Assembly (NCBI GenBank): GCA_037134915.1
Contig: JBAXLJ010000003.1
Span: forward strand, 81,084 to 145,083
DNA length: 64,000 bases
Direction: 5' to 3'
DNA from: Candidatus Falkowbacteria bacterium
Lineage (GTDB): Bacteria > Patescibacteriota > Patescibacteriia > Patescibacteriales > UBA12465
In this document: piece after piece, positions 27,991 through 37,619 of the stretch
How the letters are laid out: each line of letters starts with the position of its first letter
How positions within the stretch are numbered: the stretch's first letter is position 1
Made by a program: the position numbers and the translations under genes
Notes under the pieces: model-generated
What the model saw: only the letters and a program-made list of their open reading frames with translations
What the model was told of the DNA's origin: nothing
Databases searched by the model: none

Positions 27991-30075
27991 CTAGTTTCTG
28001 GTTTTGGGAACCTGGTAGTATTGCAACATAAAAGTAGCAATATCGGTCCACAAAGGTAAGGCTGTAGCTTCAGCATAGGTGACGCCTTTTGGACTATCAA
28101 TATAAGTTAACATTACAAAACGAGGATTATCAATCGGGACAATACCCACAAAAGTATGATTGAAACGGTCCTTAGCATATTGACCATTAACCGCAATCTG
28201 CGCGGTACCAGTTTTTCCGCCGATATAATAACCGGCGATCGCGGCTTTTTTAGCGTGACCGCTTTGTACCACATTAGCCAGCATTCCTAAAATATTAGTA
28301 GCTGTTTTTTCACTAATAACTTGACGTTCCGAAACTGGAGCGATTGTATCAACCTTACCATCAGAATGCCTAACCTCTTTAACTACAAAAGGCTTCATTA
28401 AATAACCCTTATTAGCAAAGACCTGATAGGCGGAAACCATCTGCAGGGGGGTAACTGAAAGTCCTTGGCCAAAAGAAGCGGTCGCAGCGTCGATATCTCG
28501 AATATTATTCCTTAACAAATTATTAATATTACCCGGTGATTCCGAGCCTAGCTCAATTCCCGTTCGTTCACCAAAACCATAATTTTTAACATAGTCAGCA
28601 AAAGTCTTAGCCCCCGCTTGACGCATGGCAAAGATAGCCCCGGTGTTAAGTGAATTTTCCAGAACATAATTCATATCAACTACTCCGTGTCCACCTTTGG
28701 TGCTAAAATCGGAATTTCGAATCGGCTTCGACCAACCATCAATATAAATTTCACCAGCATCTTTATAGGTAGTGTTTGGTGTCACCTTACCTTGGTCTAA
28801 GGCAATAGACATAGTAATGGCTTTAAAAACTGAACCTGGCTCATATTGATCAAAGATAGCCGGATTTTTAAAGACGGCAATATCAGATACGTCTCGATAA
28901 TTATTAGGATTAAAATCAGGCACCGAACACATGGCGAGCACTGCCCCGGTTTTAGCGTCCAAAGCAATCACGGTTCCACCAATGGCTTGAAATTTGTCGA
29001 CTGTTTTTTTCAGCTGGTCACAAGCATAGAACTCAACGCTGCGATCAATGGTTAAAAGCAGGTCACTACCTGGTGTTGGTTTAACATATTCCCGGTCATC
29101 TACAATTATTGAATTATTAACACCTCGTTCGGCTTTTAGAGATCCGATTTTACCGGCTAGCTCTTCATTGAAAAATTCTTCCAGACCATAACTTCCGGCA
29201 CCAGCTTCATCGCTATAACTTACAAAACCCAATAAATGAGAAGCAATGTTCTCTTCGGGGTAATATCTAAATTTCTTAATTTCAAAACTAAAGCCCGTTA
29301 TTTTTAATTCGGTCCCAGTTTTATTGTTCATGACTTTCCCTAAAGAGACTGATAAATCCTCAGCTTTAACAATTGAAGTCGTGGCTTTATTATTCATAAA
29401 GACATAAAACTTCAGCAAATCGTCATCACTGACTTTATTTTCAATAATCGCATACATGCCACCAGGACGACTTAACTTTTTAACATAGGCACCAGTAATC
29501 GCTGCCTTTTCGTTTTCTAATTCTTGTTCCTTTTTAATTTCGGCTTGTTGTGCCAAAGTACCCGAATTTTTTAAATCAGTTTGGCGTTTAATTTCGGCGG
29601 CCAGTTTTTTCTGTTTATCCTCTGGAGTTAAAGTGTCGTCATTATTAATCGCACTTAACCTGGTTTCAAAATCAGCCTCCGTACTTTTAATAATATTGTT
29701 ACTCAAAGTCGAAGCTAAGCGAGGCTGATCAAAAAAATCATAAAGATTGGAGGCTACCTCGTCCGGATTTGTGATATCTTTAGGGATTGCGTAAAGCAAA
29801 TAAAAATCCTTATTAGTAGCCAAAGTATATTGAGTATTTTCGCCGCCAGCGGAATCAGTAATAATAATCTTACCACGATCGGGTATTAGTTTACTGGAAA
29901 TCTCGTGTTGACCGGCGGCCAGTGCCATATAGACATCACTTTGTGATATCTGAATATAATATAAACGGTAGATAAGAGAGCCGGTAAGCAAAAAAATAAT
30001 CGCGACGACTAAACGGAGGCGATTATTGTTATCTCCTTGGCGATGACTACTTGTATTTTTCTGATTTCGCCACAT
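27991..30075 (-). CDS. ftsI: Class B penicillin-binding protein (FtsI/PBP3-like)
   Basis: TM helix, RG.I, R.YP, GLEE, SVFK, SLN and KTGTAQ; dcw position. Confidence 0.88.
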   Translation of the reverse strand: MWRNQKNTSSHRQGDNNNRLRLVVAIIFLLTGSLIYRLYYIQISQSDVYMALAAGQHEISSKLIPDRGKIIITDSAGGENTQYTLATNKDFYLLYAIPKDITNPDEVASNLYDFFDQPRLASTLSNNIIKSTEADFETRLSAINNDDTLTPEDKQKKLAAEIKRQTDLKNSGTLAQQAEIKKEQELENEKAAITGAYVKKLSRPGGMYAIIENKVSDDDLLKFYVFMNNKATTSIVKAEDLSVSLGKVMNNKTGTELKITGFSFEIKKFRYYPEENIASHLLGFVSYSDEAGAGSYGLEEFFNEELAGKIGSLKAERGVNNSIIVDDREYVKPTPGSDLLLTIDRSVEFYACDQLKKTVDKFQAIGGTVIALDAKTGAVLAMCSVPDFNPNNYRDVSDIAVFKNPAIFDQYEPGSVFKAITMSIALDQGKVTPNTTYKDAGEIYIDGWSKPIRNSDFSTKGGHGVVDMNYVLENSLNTGAIFAMRQAGAKTFADYVKNYGFGERTGIELGSESPGNINNLLRNNIRDIDAATASFGQGLSVTPLQMVSAYQVFANKGYLMKPFVVKEVRHSDGKVDTIAPVSERQVISEKTATNILGMLANVVQSGHAKKAAIAGYYIGGKTGTAQIAVNGQYAKDRFNHTFVGIVPIDNPRFVMLTYIDSPKGVTYAEATALPLWTDIATFMLQYYQVPKTRN

Positions 30076-30079
30076 GAGC

Positions 30080-30427
30080 TTATTTTCTGGCTAAAGCGGC
30101 TTGACTATCCGTTAAATATTCCACATCTGAAGCCGCTACCATATTTAATTTTTTAACTTTATCATTGAGATTGCTATAAGACTGAAGATTCATGACCTTA
30201 GCTTCGCTATCTAAATTTTCACTAGCTAAAATCGTCGCTTCTGATTTAAGTTCGCGAAGAGCAAAACCTTTAACAGTTAAGTCGTTAATATTAATTAGAT
30301 AATAGCAACCAATAATAAGAGCCAAGCCCCCCAAAAAGAAATTAACCAATCGTAAGTTAAGTCTTCGGGAAATCTCAGTTCGCCCAGTAGCATAGTTTGG
30401 ACGCTTAGTGATAATAACGGCAGTCAT
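30080..30427 (-). CDS. ftsL: FtsL-like cell division protein
   Basis: One TM helix plus coiled coil, located between rsmH and ftsI. Confidence 0.6.
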   Translation of the reverse strand: MTAVIITKRPNYATGRTEISRRLNLRLVNFFLGGLALIIGCYYLININDLTVKGFALRELKSEATILASENLDSEAKVMNLQSYSNLNDKVKKLNMVAASDVEYLTDSQAALARK

Positions 30428-30459
30428 AGTGATTTAATTATTATATAATTTAAAAATTA

Positions 30460-31407
30460 TCAAATTTTTTGAGCCAGACGGAATTTGGCACTACGAGCCC
30501 GGGGATTTAAGTTGCTTTCTGAGTCACTAGCCGGAGTCGGTTTTTTTGTTAGAATTTTCAGGGTGGCTAAATGGCCGCAAACACAAACAGGTACGGTTGG
30601 CGGGCAAATACAATCCTTGCTTTCAGTTTTAAAAAAATCTTTTACAATGCGGTCTTCACCGCTATGGAAAGATACAACCGCTATTTTCCCACCAGGTTTC
30701 AAAATGTTAACAGCCGCCGGTAGCACTTCGCTTAAAGATTCCAGCTCTCGGTTAGTTTCCATTCTTAGGGCCTGAAAGGCTCTGGTGGCTGGATGAATCT
30801 TAAGCCGAGGATTAGGTTTAATCACTTGATAAATTATGTCTAAAAGCTCTCCGGTGGTCCTAATCCAATTCCCTTTTCTTTTTTCAATTATTTTTTTAGC
30901 TAAGGCGTAGGCTTTTGGCTCTTCGCCATAAGTTCTAAAAATATAAGTCAAACGATCTAGCGGATAACGATTAACGATGGTTGTGGTGGCCACCGAGGTG
31001 TGTCCTTCCTGATTAAAAGCCATATCAAGCGGTCGATCACCCTGAAAAGAAAAACCTCGAGTAGTATCTTCTAGCTGAGCGGAAGATAAACCTAAATCTA
31101 AAACTACACCGTCTACTTTGAAATCTTCTGGAAAATTATCTTTAATTACTTTTTCTAAATTACGAAAGTTATCTTGGAACAAGAACACGTTAGAAACTCC
31201 TGCTTGTTCAATCTTTTCTCTGGCATGACTAATTGCTAAATCATCTAAATCAAGAGCGACAACCTGTCCTGTTGGTCCAACCATTTTAGATAAAGCTAGC
31301 GTGTAGCCAGCACCGCCTAAAGTACAATCCACCAAGATTTGTCCAGGGCGTGGTTCTAGTCCAGAAATCACTTCAGTTAACATTACCGGGATGTGTTTGT
31401 ATTCCAT
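30460..31407 (-). CDS. rsmH: 16S rRNA m4C1402 methyltransferase
   Basis: HIPVML, DCTLGGAG, DLGLSS, FQALR, SFHSGEDRIVK and NPRARSAK. Confidence 0.96.
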   Translation of the reverse strand: MEYKHIPVMLTEVISGLEPRPGQILVDCTLGGAGYTLALSKMVGPTGQVVALDLDDLAISHAREKIEQAGVSNVFLFQDNFRNLEKVIKDNFPEDFKVDGVVLDLGLSSAQLEDTTRGFSFQGDRPLDMAFNQEGHTSVATTTIVNRYPLDRLTYIFRTYGEEPKAYALAKKIIEKRKGNWIRTTGELLDIIYQVIKPNPRLKIHPATRAFQALRMETNRELESLSEVLPAAVNILKPGGKIAVVSFHSGEDRIVKDFFKTESKDCICPPTVPVCVCGHLATLKILTKKPTPASDSESNLNPRARSAKFRLAQKI

Positions 31408-31411
31408 GTTT

Positions 31412-31843
31412 TTAAATTCCTAAATCGCCCATTTCCTCGGCGATAGCATTACTATTTTTTTCTGATTCAGTTTTATATTTATTCCAGGCGGCTTCATTCC
31501 AAATTTCTAGATGATTATACAAACCGGTCACCACCACACTTTTTTTTAAATCTGAAAAACTTCTTAAATACTCAGGCAAAGTAATTCGACCCTGACTATC
31601 AAATTCCACATCCATCGCTCCGGCTAACATATGACGGGAAAAGGCTCGAGCTCGAGCCTGACTGATTGGTAGGCTAGCAAATTTTTTAGCAATAATTTCA
31701 AACTGTTCTTTGGAATACAAAAATAAGCAGTTATCCAAACCCTTAGTAACCACGGCGCCTTTCTTAAGAGAGACGCGAAATTTAGCCGGAATCGCTAATC
31801 GGCCTTTATCATCTAAATTGTGTTTGTATTCTCCGATGAACAT
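31412..31843 (-). CDS. mraZ: Transcriptional regulator MraZ
   Basis: MFIGEYKHNLDDKGRLAIP and DSQGRI; ATG at 31843. Confidence 0.96.
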   Translation of the reverse strand: MFIGEYKHNLDDKGRLAIPAKFRVSLKKGAVVTKGLDNCLFLYSKEQFEIIAKKFASLPISQARARAFSRHMLAGAMDVEFDSQGRITLPEYLRSFSDLKKSVVVTGLYNHLEIWNEAAWNKYKTESEKNSNAIAEEMGDLGI

Positions 31844-31886
31844 AGACCTTAAAAAAATCACAGATATTTTATAATTCACCTAAGTT

Positions 31887-31940
31887 CCCCACTATTTGCC
31901 TCAATACCCCAATTATACACCGCTAGCCCCCTGGGGTCAA
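31887..31940 (-). promoter_or_regulatory. dcw promoter with putative MraZ boxes
   Basis: TTGACC-17-TATAAT, followed by TGGGG / TGAGG / GTGGGG repeats (outer two 20 bp apart). Confidence 0.6.
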
Positions 31941-32044
31941 CACAAAGAAAATTTATTTTTTACTAAAATATATTAGCTAATTTTACAATAAAAAAATCAC
32001 CTGTGTATAAGTGATTTTTATTTTTTCCCTATTGTTATTAAAAT

Positions 32045-32440
32045 TTATTTTTTCTTCTTAAGGCCAATATTTGGTTCCCTATCATATTGCGGCGTAACAA
32101 TGTTGTAAGTGGCAAATTTTTTATCCTGAATATTTTTTATAATTTCTAAGGTGTCTTTTACTGCTTCAATCGGAATATTTAAAGCATAAGCTAAGGCATT
32201 AGCCGTAACTACGCCAATTCTCAAACTAGTAAATGAGCCGCCGCTTACGACCACTTGGATTTTTGTTAGATCGGCTAAAGACTTATTAGCATCTAGTAAA
32301 AGTTTGGCAATCGCCGGCAAAAGTTTCTCGGCTTGTTTACGGGGGGCTTTAAATTTTTTATTTTTTATTTTTTTTCCTTCACCGGACAATAGACTGATTA
32401 TAACCTCGTCATACGAAGCCGTATTTATAAATAGAATCAT
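32045..32440 (-). CDS. tsaB: Truncated TsaB (t6A biosynthesis)
   Basis: ILFINTA, AEKLLPAI and GGSFTSLRIGVVTANALA; only the N-terminal half is present. Confidence 0.82.
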   Translation of the reverse strand: MILFINTASYDEVIISLLSGEGKKIKNKKFKAPRKQAEKLLPAIAKLLLDANKSLADLTKIQVVVSGGSFTSLRIGVVTANALAYALNIPIEAVKDTLEIIKNIQDKKFATYNIVTPQYDREPNIGLKKKK

Positions 32441-32443
32441 AAA

Positions 32444-33382
32444 TTAAAATTTAAAAATATTTTTTATATCTTGATAGCTTTCCGCTTTAACCAGTTGCGA
32501 CCGATAAGCTGAGGCGCCGTTTAATCCCTGAACATACCAGCATAAATGTTTTCTCAGTTCAATAATTGCTCCCTGCCCCTTTAATCTCTCAACCATTTTA
32601 GCTTGATGCAGAATTATCTTAGCCACGGCTTTAATATCTAAATCAGTTACTTTATTTTTTTTAATTTCCCGAAACAGCCACGGACGGCCCAAAACTCCGC
32701 GAGCTAAACCCAGTCCATCAGCTTGGGATAATTCTAAAGTTTTTTTGGCTTCCGTTAAATTGTTTATCCCACCATTAGCCAGAATAATTCCTGAAAAATA
32801 TTGGCGTGCTTCTTTAATTAAATTATAATCAATTTCCCCGGAAAAACCTTGCTTAACGGAGCGCCCATGAATCATCACGACCACTACCGGCAAATCGGAA
32901 ATGGCTTTTAAGAAATCTAAAGCACTGACTTGCCCCGATTTAGCTCTTATTTTTACAGATATGGGAAGTTTGGTATTAGCACAAACCGCCGCGACAACCG
33001 CATGGGCTTGAGTCAGATTACTCATCAGCTCCGCTCCGGCCCCTTGTTTAATGACCTTGCCGACCGGACAACCAAAATTAATATCAATTCCTGAAGGCTT
33101 AATTTCCTCAGTAACAATTTTAGCGGCGACAGCAAAATGTTCAGGATTACTCCCAAAAAGTTGAACTACATAGTTTTTTTCTTTCTTTTTATTGAATCGC
33201 AAAAGATCTAAAGTGGCCTGCTTATTATAAAATAAAGCGGTCACTGAAGCCATTTCACTATAAACAACATCAGCGCCATAAGCGCTGGTAATCTGTCTAA
33301 AAGCTGAATCCGAAAAACCGGCCATAGGAGCTAAAGCCAAAATCGGTTTTTTTATTTTCAACCAAAAATTATGATCAGACAT
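32444..33382 (-). CDS. dusB: tRNA-dihydrouridine synthase (DusB-like)
   Basis: LAPMAG, VQLFG, DINFGCP, HGR, ANGGI and ARG. Confidence 0.9.
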   Translation of the reverse strand: MSDHNFWLKIKKPILALAPMAGFSDSAFRQITSAYGADVVYSEMASVTALFYNKQATLDLLRFNKKKEKNYVVQLFGSNPEHFAVAAKIVTEEIKPSGIDINFGCPVGKVIKQGAGAELMSNLTQAHAVVAAVCANTKLPISVKIRAKSGQVSALDFLKAISDLPVVVVMIHGRSVKQGFSGEIDYNLIKEARQYFSGIILANGGINNLTEAKKTLELSQADGLGLARGVLGRPWLFREIKKNKVTDLDIKAVAKIILHQAKMVERLKGQGAIIELRKHLCWYVQGLNGASAYRSQLVKAESYQDIKNIFKF

Positions 33383-34780
33383 TTAAATCAAACTAAATTT
33401 CATTCCTTCTTTAGTGTCCTCAACTGCATAACCACGAGTTTTTATTTCATCACGCAAACGATCAGACTCCGAAAAATTTTTTAATTGTCGAGCTGTTTCG
33501 CGAGCTAAGGCTAAAGCCTGAACCTCAATTGGCAGTTCACTAAAGGCGATTTCATTAATTACTAAATCTTTAGCTAAAGACAATCCTAAACCCAATACCT
33601 TATCAAAATCTAAAACAGTGGCTAATTTTATTTCTGGTTTTAAATCTGATCGAAGTAAATCCTGGGTAATGGCCAAGGCTTGAGGAATATTTAAATCATC
33701 ATTAATTGCCGCTAAAAAACTATCACGCCACAAATTATTTACTTCACCAATTTCACAATCTAAAACTGCTACCTGTTTAAGCAAATTATTCCAACCATTC
33801 TGCCCTTGGCGCAAACTCTCCTCTGAATATTCCATCGGTTTGCGGTAATGAACCGAAGCCGCCGCGTAACGATAAGCTAACGGCGATAGACCTTTCTTAA
33901 TCATCGCCTTGTCCAAAGTCAAAAAATTATCAGCGCTTTTACTCATTTTTTTGCCGCCCACAATATTTAAGAAAGCGCCATGCAACCAATAATTAAAAAA
34001 CTTCTCACCCGTTGCCGCTTCACTCTGGGCAATTTCATTAGTGTGATGAATATTAATGTGATCCACGCCGCCGCAATGAATATCCCTAGATTTTCCCAAG
34101 AATTTCAAGCTCATAGCCGAACACTCAATATGCCAACCCGGGAAGCCTAGACCCCAAGGCGACGACCACTCCATCTGTCTTTTAACTCCGATCGGAGAAA
34201 ACTTCCATAAAGCAAAATCGGTCGGATTTATCTTTTCAGGATTTTTCTCAACTCTTGATCCCTCCTCTAAATCTTCTAATTTTAAATGGCTTAGCTGATT
34301 GTAATCCGGAAATTTATTAGTATTAAAATAGACGCCGTCACTCGTTAAATAAGTAAAGCCTTTGGTTTCTAAAATTTTAATCAAATTAATCTGCTCGGAA
34401 ATATTGTCTGTCGCTTTACACCAGATAGTCGGTTCGATAATATTTAAATCACCTAAATCCTTTTTAAAGGCCGCCAAATAAAAATCGGCGATTTCCCAAG
34501 CACTCTTACCTTCTCGAGCAGCCCCACTTTCAATTTTGTCTTCACCGGCATCACCATCACCCACTAAATGACCGACGTCTGTCACATTCATGACGTGATA
34601 AACTTCGTATTTATTATAGATCAAAACTCTTTTGAGCCAATCCTCAAATAGATAAGTCCTTAAATTACCGATATGGGCATAATTATAAACCGTCGGACCG
34701 CAAGTGTAGAGGCCAACATAACCAGCTTTAATCGAAGCAAATTCTTCTTTTTTTCTATTTAGCGTGTTGTATAAAATCAC
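33383..34780 (-). CDS. cysS: Cysteine--tRNA ligase
   Basis: YTCGPTVY, HIGN, DFALWK, PGWHIECS and KMSKS. Confidence 0.98.
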   Translation of the reverse strand: MILYNTLNRKKEEFASIKAGYVGLYTCGPTVYNYAHIGNLRTYLFEDWLKRVLIYNKYEVYHVMNVTDVGHLVGDGDAGEDKIESGAAREGKSAWEIADFYLAAFKKDLGDLNIIEPTIWCKATDNISEQINLIKILETKGFTYLTSDGVYFNTNKFPDYNQLSHLKLEDLEEGSRVEKNPEKINPTDFALWKFSPIGVKRQMEWSSPWGLGFPGWHIECSAMSLKFLGKSRDIHCGGVDHINIHHTNEIAQSEAATGEKFFNYWLHGAFLNIVGGKKMSKSADNFLTLDKAMIKKGLSPLAYRYAAASVHYRKPMEYSEESLRQGQNGWNNLLKQVAVLDCEIGEVNNLWRDSFLAAINDDLNIPQALAITQDLLRSDLKPEIKLATVLDFDKVLGLGLSLAKDLVINEIAFSELPIEVQALALARETARQLKNFSESDRLRDEIKTRGYAVEDTKEGMKFSLI

Positions 34781-34790
34781 ATTATTTTAA

Positions 34791-35381
34791 TTATTTGTTT
34801 AGAAAATTTATAGGGACGGTGTAAGAAGCGTCGTGCTCAGCTAAGCCCGAAGGATTATCCTTAGCAATGACTAAATATCCAGAAGTCGCTGTCGTATTAA
34901 ATTCTAGCAGAGCTGAAAAAGGCACTAAGTTATCCGTCATCCAGTCACCTTCAGCTTGAGCGGGGATCGAAGCAATTAGTTGCTTCTTATCATCTAACAA
35001 CCTAACCGGCAAGCTGGCTTCAAAAAACCAATTACCACGGGCTTGTCCTTTAATAACTAGAGGACTGCTAACGGTTGCGTCCGGCAAAGGGTCTAAAACT
35101 GTTACCTGAATCTCAGTCTCTGGATTTGGGGCCACCGGTGAAGTAGTGGTTGCCGAAATGGTAGTAGTGGCCAAGGGCTCGCCTTCCAAAATAAATTTTT
35201 GATTATCCTCATTTTTAACTCCAGGACAAGCAACTCTTGGCTCTGCTGTGGTCGGATTACCGTGTCTCACCCAATAACCGTCCACACAAACCCAATTATC
35301 TTCTTCAGAAAAAATTCTGAGTATTAAAGCTGTAAAAATTATTACCGCTAAAATAATATAAACCATTTTACCTTTTATCAT
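34791..35381 (-). CDS. Gmad2 Ig-like domain surface protein
   Basis: TM helix, WVCVDGYWVRHGNP, T-rich linker, GNWFFEASLPV and DNPSGL. Confidence 0.8.
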   Translation of the reverse strand: MIKGKMVYIILAVIIFTALILRIFSEEDNWVCVDGYWVRHGNPTTAEPRVACPGVKNEDNQKFILEGEPLATTTISATTTSPVAPNPETEIQVTVLDPLPDATVSSPLVIKGQARGNWFFEASLPVRLLDDKKQLIASIPAQAEGDWMTDNLVPFSALLEFNTTATSGYLVIAKDNPSGLAEHDASYTVPINFLNK

Positions 35382-35405
35382 AAATTTTACTCCGCTTAAA
35401 GCGGA

Positions 35406-35555
35406 TTAATCATTATAATCTTTTTGTTGATGCTTCACCCGCCGCTTATAAGCCTTTTTGTTCTGATGAATTTGACTTACCGGAACGGTTATCGAAGAGC
35501 CGCTTTTTTTTATTTTAAGTTCATCTTTGGGCTTAATTTTTATCTTAATTATCAT
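35406..35555 (-). CDS. Small basic protein, 49 aa, with ArfA/BrfA-like motif
   Basis: MIIKIKIKPKDELKIKKSGSSITVPVSQIHQNKKAYKRRVKHQQKDYND; TATAAT at 35580-35585 upstream. Confidence 0.6.
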   Translation of the reverse strand: MIIKIKIKPKDELKIKKSGSSITVPVSQIHQNKKAYKRRVKHQQKDYND

Positions 35556-35623
35556 ATAAATGAGAATAACTCTAATCACATTATACCCTAAAAATAAGGA
35601 CCGGGAAACCCGGTCCTAAGATA

Positions 35624-36967
35624 TTATTGAATTTTCTTGAAAAGAGGCCGTAATTCGCCAGACAAAAACATTGAACCGGTAACCAAGACCAAATCTTCCA
35701 CGCCCGCCTGCTTCTGGCTCCATTTTAAGGCCGCTTGAGGATCCAAAAAAGAGGCGGCAATCAATTTGGGGTCGATTTTTAAGGCTGAATTCATTAACTT
35801 TTTGGGGTCAGCCGTTTTACGGAAAATATTTTTAGTAAATCTTGTGCAAGCCAAAGACTTGGGCTTTAAAGTTAAAAGTTCTTTTAAGAAAGTCGAATGA
35901 TCTTTATTATCAGAAAAACCAATTAGCAGGTGTAAATTATGATATTTTTTATTTAAATTTTTAACCCCTAAAATAGTTGCTTTAACTTTATCGGCGTTAT
36001 GAGCACCATCTAAAATAATATGCGGTTTAGCACCAACTACTTCAAAACGAATCGGAAACTCCGTGGCCGCTAGACCTTTTTGAATCGCTTCATGACTAAC
36101 GCCTAATTTTTTAGCGGCAGCAATTACCACTTTAGCATTATCAATTTGATGATAACCTAAATTGTTTAAATGATAAGATAAACCATCAATTTTAAAATCA
36201 GTACCGTCCCAATCTTGCTTAGTGATTGTCCCACTTTTATCACCATATCTATCAGTTTCCACTTCCTTAAATGATAACGCCTTTTTGTTTTTGGCCGCCT
36301 TTTCAATAATTCTTACTAATTTAGGGTTGTGTTCAGCGGTAAAGACATTGCAGCCCTTAGTTATAATACCGGATTTATTTTCAGCAATTTGTTCCTTGGT
36401 ATTGCCCAAAATACTGATATGGTCTAAACCGATATTTGTGATAATCGCAATGTCCTTATAAGGAATAACATTAGTTCCATCATTTTTCCCGCCACAAGTC
36501 ACTTCTAAAACCGCGTAATCAACCTTGTTTTTTGCAAAATAATAAAGAGCGATGATAGTGTTTAAACTGACCATTGAAGGAAAAGTGTAATTGGCGCTAT
36601 GGATGTATTCATCCCAAATCGGTTTTAAATCAGTCACCATTTCCACAAACTCGCGCTCCGACATGGAATGATTGTTAATTTGCCAGCGCTCCGTAATTTT
36701 TGTCGGGTGCGGCGAAGTAACCAAACCGACTTTAAAACCTTGGGCTTTTAAAATTTGACTAATCATCATTGAGACCGAGCCTTTGCCGCTCGTCCCGGTA
36801 ACATGAATATAGTGAGGAATTTTTAGTTCCGGCGAACCCGCCATTTTAAGCATTAAACGGACCCCACGGATAATTGTCGGGGTATTTTGCCAATTGCCTT
36901 TGCCTTTATACTCTCTCGGTAAATTATGTAATGAATCAAAATATTCGTAAGCCTCTTGATAAGTCAT
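35624..36967 (-). CDS. folC: Folylpolyglutamate synthase / dihydrofolate synthase family
   Basis: HVTGTSGKGS, TSPH, LEV..GG..D.TN, IGLDH, DGAHN and VTGS. Confidence 0.85.
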   Translation of the reverse strand: MTYQEAYEYFDSLHNLPREYKGKGNWQNTPTIIRGVRLMLKMAGSPELKIPHYIHVTGTSGKGSVSMMISQILKAQGFKVGLVTSPHPTKITERWQINNHSMSEREFVEMVTDLKPIWDEYIHSANYTFPSMVSLNTIIALYYFAKNKVDYAVLEVTCGGKNDGTNVIPYKDIAIITNIGLDHISILGNTKEQIAENKSGIITKGCNVFTAEHNPKLVRIIEKAAKNKKALSFKEVETDRYGDKSGTITKQDWDGTDFKIDGLSYHLNNLGYHQIDNAKVVIAAAKKLGVSHEAIQKGLAATEFPIRFEVVGAKPHIILDGAHNADKVKATILGVKNLNKKYHNLHLLIGFSDNKDHSTFLKELLTLKPKSLACTRFTKNIFRKTADPKKLMNSALKIDPKLIAASFLDPQAALKWSQKQAGVEDLVLVTGSMFLSGELRPLFKKIQ

Positions 36968-36987
36968 AAAAAATTTTACTATAAATA

Positions 36988-37344
36988 TTAGCGAGTTACT
37001 TCGTCGCTATCTTTAAGTAAGGAGTTAGTTATAAATGAACCTAGCCATAAAAAAATCGATAATAAAACTGCCGGCAAGAAACCGGCCACTGAGAACCCCT
37101 TAACAAAGCTGGCGACAAACATTACTAGTAAACCATTAATCACCAAAGAGAAAAGTCCAAGTGTCAAAATATTAATTGGCAAAGTAAGCAATAATAAAAT
37201 CGGTCTAATTAAAGCATTAATTAAACCCAGAACAATCGCCGTAATAAGAGCAGCGTAAAAACTGCTGACGGTTACGCCGCTAATTACATAAGAGGCTAGC
37301 AGCAAGAAGAAAGCGTTAAATAATAATCTTAAAAATAGTTTCAT
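36988..37344 (-). CDS. 4-TMS phage holin superfamily IV membrane protein (YvlD-like)
   Basis: LINALIRPILLLLTLPINILTLGLF signature. Confidence 0.88.
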   Translation of the reverse strand: MKLFLRLLFNAFFLLLASYVISGVTVSSFYAALITAIVLGLINALIRPILLLLTLPINILTLGLFSLVINGLLVMFVASFVKGFSVAGFLPAVLLSIFLWLGSFITNSLLKDSDEVTR

Positions 37345-37458
37345 AATTTTAGAGCCGTTAAAACTAACGGCTTCATTTTAACATATTTAGCAATTTTTTT
37401 TAAGTCAATTTATCAACCTTGAAATTAAAACCGTCCTTAAACTTGAGGACGGCTTACG

Positions 37459-37532
37459 TGGTCACTCGCGGGCTCGAACCGCGGACCTCTGCAATGTGAA
37501 TGCAGCGCTCTAACCAGCTGAGCTAAGTAACC
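37459..37532 (-). tRNA. tRNA-Val(CAC), CCA not encoded
   Basis: GGTTACT/AGTGACC acceptor stem, anticodon arm CTGCA-TTCACAT-TGCAG, GGTTCGAG T-loop. Confidence 0.95.
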
Positions 37533-37619
37533 AGATAACTCGAATTTTAAAAACCTGGTGCCATAATAGCCGATTTTTTTATTTTTGGCAACAGTCCAAA
37601 AATTGGCCAAATCAATGTT

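Noticed and set aside
32045-32440. Half-length TsaB as a pseudogene
   Set aside because: Clean ORF with an intact core motif and no downstream remnant; short TsaB is as expected for CPR streamlining.
36988-37532. Holin-family gene beside a tRNA as a prophage sign
   Set aside because: YvlD-like 4-TMS proteins are common chromosomal genes, and there is no integrase, endolysin or structural gene nearby.
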